Assembly: GCA_965204725.1 (NCBI GenBank)
Contig: OZ242005.1
Coordinates: forward strand, 1,216,001 to 1,280,000
DNA: 64,000 bases
From: Candidatus Latescibacterota bacterium
Lineage (GTDB): Bacteria > Latescibacterota > UBA2968 > UBA8231
Direction: 5' to 3'
A program made the position numbers and the translations under genes. Within the stretch, counting starts at the first letter, position 1. Every line of letters starts with the position of its first letter. The notes beneath the pieces were generated by a model. That model was not told where the DNA came from, did not search any database, and saw nothing but the letters and a program-made list of their open reading frames with translations. Below, in pieces: positions 49,388 through 57,487 of the stretch.

Positions 49388-49747
49388 ATGAAATCCCATC
49401 TCTTTACATTCAGCCAAGCCTGCACACAGAAGCATGTGCATGAAGTGCTCAACAACACTGAGGGAGTTCAAACATGGATTGCGCCGTTTCCGTACTCCGC
49501 CATCCTCATCTCCAAACTCAGTGCCCAAGAACTCAGTGACATTCTTCATGACCGACTGCCCAACAACATGTGGTTCATGGTCGCGGAAATGGATCCTCAG
49601 GCCGTGAATGGCTGGCTGCCCGGAAATCTCTGGGGGTACGTGAACGATCCGCAGAAGGCGGCGTCTGGGCAATTGATCCGGAATATCGTCGATCCAAAGT
49701 ATCTCCGTCGTCCTGTCGCCGATGCCGATAGAATGGCGGGGACGTAG
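49388..49747 (+). CDS. hypothetical protein, 119 aa
   Basis: Lower-GC ORF between backbone genes with its own putative promoter (TTGACG near 49291). Confidence 0.6.
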   Translation: MKSHLFTFSQACTQKHVHEVLNNTEGVQTWIAPFPYSAILISKLSAQELSDILHDRLPNNMWFMVAEMDPQAVNGWLPGNLWGYVNDPQKAASGQLIRNIVDPKYLRRPVADADRMAGT

Positions 49748-49768
49748 GGGTATTTTTCTAAACGACCT

Positions 49769-50827
49769 ATGCGCCTAGTCGTCCTGTCGTACAGCCATCA
49801 CGGCCGCAGCATCGGCCAGACCGCCCGCGCCTTGGGGCACGATATAATCGGGGTCATGGACGGGGAAGAAGCCCCTCGCCAGCAACTCGCAGAAATTTTC
49901 CAATGCCCCGGCTTTGCCACGGCCGGCGAGTGCCTTGACGCGGCACGCCCTGACGCCGCTTTAGTCGCCGGCAAGCACCTTGAAATGCCGGATCACGTTC
50001 AGGCCTGCGTCGATCGGCGCGTCCCCTACCTGCTCGACAAACCCTTTGCCGATTGCGCCGCTCGGCTCCGCCCTGTGGCCGCCGCCTCGGCCCAATGCGG
50101 AGTTTTCAGTGCTCTCACTCTGCCCAACCGCGCCAGCCGCGTCGTCGCCACGGTGGAGCGTCTGTTAGCGGACGGTACGCTGGGCGATTTAGTCCAGTAC
50201 AGCAGCCGCCTCAACAACGGCCCACCCGCGCGCTACGATTCGACGCCCTCGGCTTGGCACAACGACCCGGCCATTTCCGGCGGCGGCAGTTGGGCCGTAG
50301 AGGCAGCCCACGGCATTGACACCTTTCTGCAATTCGTCGGCGAGCAGCCGGTACACGTGATCGGCGCGATCATGTCCAACGCCACCCATGGTCGCACCGT
50401 GGAGGATATTGGCTTGGGAATGCTGCGCACCGATGGGGGCGTGACCGGCTTTATTGAAAGCGGCTACGCCTATCCGGCCGGGGAGCGTAGCGGCGATCAC
50501 TTCTTCCGCTTTATCGGCACCCGCGCCATGGTTTTCCAGCAGTACGGCAAAGAGGGCGAGCCCCTCGTCGAAGTCCATACTACCGAGGGTGTGCAGTTTT
50601 ATGAGGAGCTATCGCACGGCGAGCGCATGAAGACCATTGTCGAGCAAGCCCTAACCGCTTTGGCGGCCGGACGCTCCTTCACCCCCAATATCGAGCAAGC
50701 CGTGCGCATCCTCGAAATACAGGACGCGGTGTACGACCGCGCCCGCAGCAGCCCCCTGACCAACGGCCCCCATCCCATGGGCACCCCGCCTACTCGACCG
50801 CAGCACGCCCCATCGCAGATCATCTAG
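49769..50827 (+). CDS. Gfo/Idh/MocA family oxidoreductase
   Basis: LLDKP, SGGG...HGID. Confidence 0.82.
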   Translation: MRLVVLSYSHHGRSIGQTARALGHDIIGVMDGEEAPRQQLAEIFQCPGFATAGECLDAARPDAALVAGKHLEMPDHVQACVDRRVPYLLDKPFADCAARLRPVAAASAQCGVFSALTLPNRASRVVATVERLLADGTLGDLVQYSSRLNNGPPARYDSTPSAWHNDPAISGGGSWAVEAAHGIDTFLQFVGEQPVHVIGAIMSNATHGRTVEDIGLGMLRTDGGVTGFIESGYAYPAGERSGDHFFRFIGTRAMVFQQYGKEGEPLVEVHTTEGVQFYEELSHGERMKTIVEQALTALAAGRSFTPNIEQAVRILEIQDAVYDRARSSPLTNGPHPMGTPPTRPQHAPSQII

Positions 50828-51020
50828 TCTCTAGCAGATACGCGACGAGGAGATCAACAGCATTTTCTAAATTCTCTAAAGCCTCTTTCTCGGTATATCC
50901 CCAACTCGCGGCCCCTTTATGCTCCAACGCGGGAATATAGGCTCGCCAAACTGCTTTTACATCGGGCTCGTCGGGCCATTTGTCTTTTTCCAAGACAACC
51001 TTAAACAAATACGTTTTCAT
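50820..51020 (-). CDS. hicB: HicB family antitoxin (short form, orphan)
   Basis: FKVVLEKD...WRAYIPAL...ASWGYTEKEALENLENAV. Confidence 0.82.
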   Translation of the reverse strand: MKTYLFKVVLEKDKWPDEPDVKAVWRAYIPALEHKGAASWGYTEKEALENLENAVDLLVAYLLETR

Positions 51021-51021
51021 A

Positions 51022-51113
51022 TCTGGTGGCCGTCCCTTGGGTCTAAACGATCCCGGCTGGATTCCCGCTTTCGCGGGAAGGACTGAGACCGTCTCTACGG
51101 CTTGTTCAACACG
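51022..51113. repeat. 92-bp palindromic dispersed element, copy 2
   Basis: Near-identical to 23634-23725; abuts the hicB start and contains the GT4 stop codon. Confidence 0.9.
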
Positions 51114-52239
51114 ACTTATATAGTTGAATGGTTTGCTGGGCCGCGCTTTCCCACGTGAAGGCTGCGGCCCGTTGTCGTCCTTGGCGCGATAGCTGTTGGC
51201 GGAGGGCGGAATCGGTTAGCAGGCACTGCATTCCGGCGGCAATGGCGGTGGGATCGAGCGGATCGACGAGCACCGCGTTTTCTCCGGCGACCTCGGCGAG
51301 CGAAGAGCGGTTCGACGTAAGCACCGGGCAGCCGCTGGCCATCGCTTCGAGCACGGGCAGCCCGAACCCTTCTATCAGCGATGGGAATGCGAAAAAGAGC
51401 GCGTGGGCAAAACAGGCGCGGATTTGGTCGTCGCTGAGCTGGCCGACGAGGAGCACCCGGTCGTTCAGCCCGAGCTGCCGCGCCAGCCGCACGAGCGCCG
51501 GGTTACCCTCGCCGCGACCGGCGAGCACGAGCGCGAGATCGGGATGGTCTGGGGCGACTTGGGCAAAAGCGCGGACCAGCCGCGGCAGGTTTTTGTAGGG
51601 CAAGCTGTTGCCCAAGCCAAACGCAAAAGGCCGGTCGGCAAAAAGCGCGTCAAGAGTCGCCGCTGAGTTGCCCGAGCCAAACAGGGCCGGTTCCGCGTTG
51701 CCCGCCTGCCAAGCGGAGGCCACGCCGTGCAGGATGACCGTAACCTTGTCGGCCGGTACGCCGCGGTCGAGCGCGGCTCGGCGCGTACTTTTGGAGACGG
51801 CGACGATGTGGTCGGCCGCAGCCATGGCCCGCCGGATACCCCAACTCCCAAGCGACCCCTTAACCCACCGCCGCCAGCGTCGGCCGTCGGCGAGATGGGG
51901 ATGATCCACCCAGATCAGGTCGTGCAGGGTGATGACGACGCGCCGAGCGCGGACGCCGATGGGGAGAAAGTGGAACAGGGAGTGGTACACGTCGGCGTCG
52001 AGCTCGTTGATGGCCCGGACGCCGACGAGGATGTTGTGCGGCGAAGAAATGTCGTGCGATGCGAAAATCTCCCTGAAGTTGGCCTGATCGGCGATGGGGC
52101 CATGGCGCGACGGCCGGCGGACGACGATGTACTCGTTTGCGCGGTCTAACGCGGCGATGTGCCGGACGAGGTCCGCGGCGTAGCGGCCGAGGCTGGTGGG
52201 CACGTCGCGCAGGGAGCGAGCATCGATGCAGATCCTCAT
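51106..52239 (-). CDS. GT4 family glycosyltransferase
   Basis: True start MRICIDAR (ATGA overlap); TLHDLI, KNLPRL, EGFGLPVLEAMASG. Confidence 0.92.
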   Translation of the reverse strand: MRICIDARSLRDVPTSLGRYAADLVRHIAALDRANEYIVVRRPSRHGPIADQANFREIFASHDISSPHNILVGVRAINELDADVYHSLFHFLPIGVRARRVVITLHDLIWVDHPHLADGRRWRRWVKGSLGSWGIRRAMAAADHIVAVSKSTRRAALDRGVPADKVTVILHGVASAWQAGNAEPALFGSGNSAATLDALFADRPFAFGLGNSLPYKNLPRLVRAFAQVAPDHPDLALVLAGRGEGNPALVRLARQLGLNDRVLLVGQLSDDQIRACFAHALFFAFPSLIEGFGLPVLEAMASGCPVLTSNRSSLAEVAGENAVLVDPLDPTAIAAGMQCLLTDSALRQQLSRQGRQRAAAFTWESAAQQTIQLYKSC

Positions 52240-52982
52240 GGAGCGAGGCTGGCGCAGTAACTGGGGATGTGCTCCAGCGCGGCCCGGGGCCAAACTCGGA
52301 AGTCGGCATAGGCGGCCGCGGCGTACCCTTGGGTCGAATTGGCATCGGTGAGCAAGGCGATGCCAATGGTTTTTTTTGGCAGGTTGGACGACAAGACGCG
52401 CTCGTGATCCCGCTCTAGATCGACTTGCTCTTGGAGCCATTGTCCCAGTTTCTCTGGCCCGCTTTCGAGCACGACAAACCAAGGGCGGGCAATGCCTTTG
52501 CGGCGGGCGACAGTGCCAATGGCTAAGGTCGTGCTCCAGACGTATTTGATCTGGCGCGGGATGCCGAGGAAGTTTTTCGAAAAAATGACGTGTACTCCGG
52601 CCGCGCTGTCGTTGGTCTCGGTATAGCGCTCGTCGCCGCCCGGCGGCAGGGCGGCGGTGCGCCAGCACCAAGTCATAATTGGGTATTGCCGCGGATCCCA
52701 GTGGAATCGCTTCATGAGGATGACCGAGTGGCCGGTGTCTTGGGCGGCTAGGTAGCGGCGGCCGTTGGCCTCGCGGACGGCGTAGAGCTTGGGTTTGTCG
52801 TCGTCTTTGCCGCGCCAGCGCCAGCCCCGGGGCAGGCTGTCTAGGGGCGTGGTGGCAAAGTCTTCGATGACGATGTACGGGGGGGCTTCGTGCCCGCCTC
52901 CATCCGCCGGCGCGTCTTGGGCAGAGGCAGTGTAGAGAGAGAGGACGCAGTAGCCCGCCAAAGCGAGTATGGGTCGACGCAT
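52236..52982 (-). CDS. DUF3047 family secreted protein
   Basis: Signal peptide; WCWR...LPPGGDE...DSAAGVHVIF, IKYVWS, IALLTDA. Confidence 0.8.
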   Translation of the reverse strand: MRRPILALAGYCVLSLYTASAQDAPADGGGHEAPPYIVIEDFATTPLDSLPRGWRWRGKDDDKPKLYAVREANGRRYLAAQDTGHSVILMKRFHWDPRQYPIMTWCWRTAALPPGGDERYTETNDSAAGVHVIFSKNFLGIPRQIKYVWSTTLAIGTVARRKGIARPWFVVLESGPEKLGQWLQEQVDLERDHERVLSSNLPKKTIGIALLTDANSTQGYAAAAYADFRVWPRAALEHIPSYCASLAP

Positions 52983-53000
52983 TGCTCTATCTCGCGGGGG

Positions 53001-54032
53001 TCAGTGCGGGTTTTCTTGTTCCTGAAGTACGGTCAACGCCGTTGAGGCGCGGCGCTGGAGCGCGGTGCGACTCATGTAGCTGAGCAAGGTCCAGCCAATG
53101 AAAATCCAGAATACGCGGCGCAGGCGGCGCGTAAGCCCCACGGACAAGCCCAGCGCCGGGTCTAGCCCCAAGCTGGCAAACAAAAAGACTAAGCTCCCCT
53201 CCATCACCCCGATATTGGAGGGCATAAAAAAGAACAGCCCGTTGATAACCGCCCCCAGCGCGTTGAGCACAAAGCAGAACCAGAAGCCGATGTCCGCATC
53301 GAGGGCGCGGAGGATGACGTAGGTCTCGCAGGTGCCCAGAAACCAGCCGATGCTCTGGAAAAACAGGGCCTGCAAGAAGCGGACCCGGTGCAGGCGGTAG
53401 AAGGTGCCGATGTTGGTATCGATGCGCGCCGCCCGCCCCATATTGCGCTCGATCAAGTCGGTTCGCAGCCCAGCCGAGCGCAGGAGTTTGAGCAGGGAAG
53501 TGAACATGCGCTCTTGGTGCTTGTAAAATAGATAGAGGGCCACCGGGCTGGCCACGAGCAGGAACGCGAATAAGGCGCGGTACTCCAACGGAATCAGCTC
53601 GGACACGTCGTGGTAGTAAAACAACAGCCCTAGGCCGAGGATGGTAAAGGTCAGGCCGACGACGAGCTGGGCGGTTTTGTCAACGACCACCGAGGCCATG
53701 CCGCGCGGGCCGGGGGTCCGGTGGGTGAGCAAGTAGGCCTTGACCGGCTCGCCGCCGAGATTGGCCAGCGGCGTTAGCTGGTTGACGGCTTCGCCGGCCA
53801 GCTTGGCCGCAAAGAGCATGGGCAGCCGCGGTTTGAAGGCGTCGGGCGGGAAGGCGAAGTTCCAAGCGATCGTGTTGGAGAGGTGCCAAGCGCACGAGGG
53901 CAGCAACAGCAAGGGGAACATCCACTTGATCGCGTCTAAGTGGTGGAGAACCTCATCGACGCCGAGCTGACCGACGAGATAGCCCAGCAGCAAGAAGCCG
54001 AGGGCGACCATGGAAATTTGCAGGGCTTTCAC
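53001..54032 (-). CDS. lysylphosphatidylglycerol-synthase TM / flippase-like (UPF0104, HpnL-like) protein
   Basis: GTG start overlapping the upstream stop; AGEAVNQLTP...GGEPVKAYLL, FFMPSNIGVMEG, RRLRR. Confidence 0.85.
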   Translation of the reverse strand: MKALQISMVALGFLLLGYLVGQLGVDEVLHHLDAIKWMFPLLLLPSCAWHLSNTIAWNFAFPPDAFKPRLPMLFAAKLAGEAVNQLTPLANLGGEPVKAYLLTHRTPGPRGMASVVVDKTAQLVVGLTFTILGLGLLFYYHDVSELIPLEYRALFAFLLVASPVALYLFYKHQERMFTSLLKLLRSAGLRTDLIERNMGRAARIDTNIGTFYRLHRVRFLQALFFQSIGWFLGTCETYVILRALDADIGFWFCFVLNALGAVINGLFFFMPSNIGVMEGSLVFLFASLGLDPALGLSVGLTRRLRRVFWIFIGWTLLSYMSRTALQRRASTALTVLQEQENPH

Positions 54033-55321
54033 GCGGCTTCCTCTCGCTTGACGGCCGGTGCCGGAAGCGAGGTGACTTGCGGTTGGGTGGTGCGCTGGTG
54101 GCCCGTCAGTCGATAGTGGGTGGTCAAAACGCCCAGTGTCAACACGTGGACCAGGACGACCAAGCTCCAATACATGACCGCCAACAGATTGGCCACTAAG
54201 CCGATGGCAATGAACAACGAGAGGAAGTCCCGCTTGGCCATAAAGCCGGTGCGCTCTAGGAATCGATAGCCCCAGTCTTTTTCGGAATCGGGCACCTTGT
54301 TGATCAAGTCGCCGAGGTAGGATTGCAGGCTGCCGGTGCCGGTTCTCAGGGCGTAGGTGTAGAGCAAGACGAAGGTCAGGACCAGCGAGGCGATGGCGGA
54401 GATGCCGGCGTAGATGGGCAGGTAATCGCCGGGATAGAGCTGCCGCATACCGGCTATCAGGGCGACGCACCAGCAGAGATACGCGAGGTTGTCGGTTATG
54501 GTGTCGAACCACGCGCCAAACCGGGTCTCGGCCAGCTTGACGCGGGCGATCTCGCCGTCGCAGCCATCGAGGATGGAGGCGAGTTGCCAGAGGACGCCCG
54601 CACAGGCGAGCCGCAGGTAATCGTCGGGCTGGGTCGCCAGATAGGCGGCGAGCAGGCCCGGGCACAGGACCAAGAAAAAGGTCACCATGTTGGGCGAGAT
54701 GCCGGTATCGACGAGGAGCTTGCTGAGGGGCACGGAGATCCGCACGTTGAGCAGGCGTGCGACCGTGCCGCTGGTGGCCTTGCTCACTTGGTCGAAGAGC
54801 ATGTTCTTAGCGGCCCGGGCGCTGCGCTTGTCGGTGACGCGTTGCCACAGGTGCGGCGCGATGGCTTCGCGGCGGTGTGGACGCGCTGCGAGCGAGTGCC
54901 AGAGGTCGCCGGTTAGCGCGTCTGGAGGCAGTGCGCCCGGTGCGCTGAGGAACGCGCCGCTGCTGACGCGCCCGCCGTCGCTGGTCTGCGCGACGAGGGC
55001 GTCTCGTTGCAGGCCCGCGTTGATGAGGGCGCGCAGCGAGGAGTGGTGGTGGACGCAATCGCCCTTGAGCAGCAGCACGGGCGCGTCGGGTAGGCCGGCG
55101 GCCTCCGGGGTGGTTTGCTCTACTTGGATGTCGAGGTCGGGAACCGGGGATTTGCCGAGGGGGGCATGGCCGGGGGGGAGTACGACCAAGACGCGCTTGA
55201 TGCCCGCGCTCGCCATGGTGCGGATCCCGCGCTGGAGGAGGGTGCGGCCAGCGACCTGCGTATTGGTTGGAGCGCCAGCGGGAAAAACCAAAATCCCTTG
55301 CTCAATGGCGTGCTCTCGCAT
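54029..55321 (-). CDS. CDP-alcohol phosphatidyltransferase with a degenerate N-terminal nucleotidyltransferase-like domain
   Basis: ISPNMVT, LDGCDGEIAR...FGAWFDTITD signature; the N-domain keeps VAGRTLLQR but lacks LAAGxGxR. Confidence 0.85.
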   Translation of the reverse strand: MREHAIEQGILVFPAGAPTNTQVAGRTLLQRGIRTMASAGIKRVLVVLPPGHAPLGKSPVPDLDIQVEQTTPEAAGLPDAPVLLLKGDCVHHHSSLRALINAGLQRDALVAQTSDGGRVSSGAFLSAPGALPPDALTGDLWHSLAARPHRREAIAPHLWQRVTDKRSARAAKNMLFDQVSKATSGTVARLLNVRISVPLSKLLVDTGISPNMVTFFLVLCPGLLAAYLATQPDDYLRLACAGVLWQLASILDGCDGEIARVKLAETRFGAWFDTITDNLAYLCWCVALIAGMRQLYPGDYLPIYAGISAIASLVLTFVLLYTYALRTGTGSLQSYLGDLINKVPDSEKDWGYRFLERTGFMAKRDFLSLFIAIGLVANLLAVMYWSLVVLVHVLTLGVLTTHYRLTGHQRTTQPQVTSLPAPAVKREEAA

Positions 55322-55418
55322 GCGTTGCCGTTCAATTTATTGTTGTGGATAAAAGAAGTGCTTTATAAACAAACACCTAGTATAAGGATTTTTGCCTAGT
55401 TTGTCGGACCTTAATTTT

Positions 55419-57476
55419 ATGCGACCGTTGAGTTACAATGGACAAAAAGGGCGCGTCATAGCGGCTACAACCCTCATCTGGCTCCTGCTGGTCTGCGGGG
55501 CGACGGCTAGCAGTGCCCAGCGACACCATTGGCAGATCGGCGGCGCGGGCTTGGCGTGGAGTGAGCACGATTCTGCTGTGGTGCTCATTGATTTCGATTC
55601 AGTGCCCGGCGCGATCCAACCCGTCTATATCGACCCCAACCAAAGTTTGCTCGCGCTCTTTAGCGGCTGGGAACCCCTCAAAGAGCCGCGCGAGTTGTCT
55701 TATGTCGAGGGCGAGACGCCCCGGGCGTGGAAGGGTTCGCAGGGCAACGAGACGACGGCCCACAATGGAACCTATATGGTTGATGGCGACAGTATGTCGT
55801 TCAATCCGCCGGTCTCGTCCAATCCCGAATCCGTCTGGTACACCCTAGATCTGGCCGTACCGGTGCCGGCGCATCGCTTTGGTTTTTTTACGCCGCCGCG
55901 CGGCTTTCGCTCCGACGGGATTCCCTTTGCCCAAGATGCCGTGCCCGCCTACGAGGTATCCATCGCCGCAGAAGGCGACCCCAGTTGGCTTTTGGGCAGC
56001 CAGCCGTATAAGCGAATTGGCCGGCTGATCGCCGATGTAGCCGAAAATTTTGCCGCCCGAGTACAGATCGAGTTCCCTCGGCAATACGTGCGCTTTGTGC
56101 GCTACAAGCGGAAGACGTCGCTTTTGGATTCGGCCGAGGGGCAGACCTACAGCACCGGCTCGGGGGCGGCTTTCAAAGGCTCAATCGGGGACTTTGAGCT
56201 TTTTGGCGAGGGGGTGCCGCGCCGGGTGGTGTACCGCTCGCGGATTTTCGACTTGGGTGCGCCCCGCAACTTCGGCCGCTTGTCTTGGGCGGCGACGCCG
56301 TTGCGCGTGGTCAATGGCGAACTGGTGGCGGCGCCCGATGCTGAGGTGGGAGTAGAGGTGGAGGTGCGCACCGGGCGCGACGGGGATCCAAACATCTACC
56401 ACGAGTACACGGACCGCGGCGGCGAGGAAGTGGTGACGCGCACGCGCTACGATTTGGTGCTACAGCCGCGCTGGCGCGCCGGTCTCCTGCGCGAGCCACG
56501 ACCGGGCATGCGCGCCTCTATTCAGCACGATAGCGACAACTGGTCTTTTTGGTCGTTGCCCTTTGCCGAACCGGGGCAGGCGATAGGCCTCAAAGGGGGG
56601 AGCCATTTCCAGTTGCGGATTACGCTCAAAAGCGAGGACTTTGCCGCGTTCGTGCGGCTTGACTCCTTGTGGATTGAGACCGCGTCGCTGCTGGCTAGCC
56701 GGGTCGTGGGCGAGATGGCGCTCGCCGGCGATGCGCAGCCGGCCGGAGGCTTGACCCAAGTGCCGTTGGGCCAAGCGGCGGAACTGATCTACGATATTCG
56801 CGGCGAGTTTGCCGCTGCGGAGGCGGGCTTTGACGCGCTGAGGATTCGCACGGGGACGCGCGCGGCCTTTACCCGGTTGGAGATGGGGGACCCCCCGGTT
56901 GCAGTCGAGCCGGTTGCGGTCGTCGAAGGCGAGGAGGAACTAACGGTCGTGTTGCCCGAGCGGATCGGGCCGGGGTACGCAAAGGGGGCGCGAGTCGTTT
57001 TTGTCGCCGAGGTGTTCGCGCTGGCTTGGACGTTTTCGGGTGAAGTCTATAACGCTGGCGTCGATGCGCTGCCCCAGCCCGTCGAACCGGGCGATGCCAG
57101 TGCCGAACTGGGGACCAACAGCCTGCGGATCTTAGGGATGGCCGGACCCAGTGCTGAGCCGGTGGTAGGGCTGAATTTTTCCTCTAGGGTGCTGACACCC
57201 AATGGCGACGGGGTTCACGACGAGGTCGAGATCGGCTATGCACTCGTAGGGTTGCCCGAGGATGTGCCCGTGGTGTTCAAGGTGTATTCGCTCGACGGGA
57301 GGCCGGTGGCCAAGCGGTCGTTGGGGGCGCAGCGTTTCGGGGCGCAGCGGGTGCGCTGGGATGGGCGCGATGGCGATGGAGTTTTGTTGTTGCCCGGCCT
57401 CTATCTAGTTGAAATAGCACCCGAAGCCGAGCGGACGGGGCGTCGGCGGTTGCGCCCGTTAGCGTTGATCTACTGA
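55419..57476 (+). CDS. secreted protein with a C-terminal FlgD-Ig-like domain (start uncertain)
   Basis: Signal peptide; LTPNGDGVHD...VYSLDGR...WDGRDGDG...PGLY. Confidence 0.75.
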   Translation: MRPLSYNGQKGRVIAATTLIWLLLVCGATASSAQRHHWQIGGAGLAWSEHDSAVVLIDFDSVPGAIQPVYIDPNQSLLALFSGWEPLKEPRELSYVEGETPRAWKGSQGNETTAHNGTYMVDGDSMSFNPPVSSNPESVWYTLDLAVPVPAHRFGFFTPPRGFRSDGIPFAQDAVPAYEVSIAAEGDPSWLLGSQPYKRIGRLIADVAENFAARVQIEFPRQYVRFVRYKRKTSLLDSAEGQTYSTGSGAAFKGSIGDFELFGEGVPRRVVYRSRIFDLGAPRNFGRLSWAATPLRVVNGELVAAPDAEVGVEVEVRTGRDGDPNIYHEYTDRGGEEVVTRTRYDLVLQPRWRAGLLREPRPGMRASIQHDSDNWSFWSLPFAEPGQAIGLKGGSHFQLRITLKSEDFAAFVRLDSLWIETASLLASRVVGEMALAGDAQPAGGLTQVPLGQAAELIYDIRGEFAAAEAGFDALRIRTGTRAAFTRLEMGDPPVAVEPVAVVEGEEELTVVLPERIGPGYAKGARVVFVAEVFALAWTFSGEVYNAGVDALPQPVEPGDASAELGTNSLRILGMAGPSAEPVVGLNFSSRVLTPNGDGVHDEVEIGYALVGLPEDVPVVFKVYSLDGRPVAKRSLGAQRFGAQRVRWDGRDGDGVLLLPGLYLVEIAPEAERTGRRRLRPLALIY

Positions 57477-57487
57477 GGGCATAGAGC

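Noticed and set aside
52240-52671. N-terminal extension of the 521-aa GT4 ORF
   Set aside because: It overlaps the DUF3047 gene in another frame; family similarity starts at MRICIDAR (52239).
54033-54665. N-terminal extension of the 554-aa flippase-like ORF
   Set aside because: Arg/Pro-rich shadow frame of the CDP-alcohol transferase; the real start is GTG 54032.
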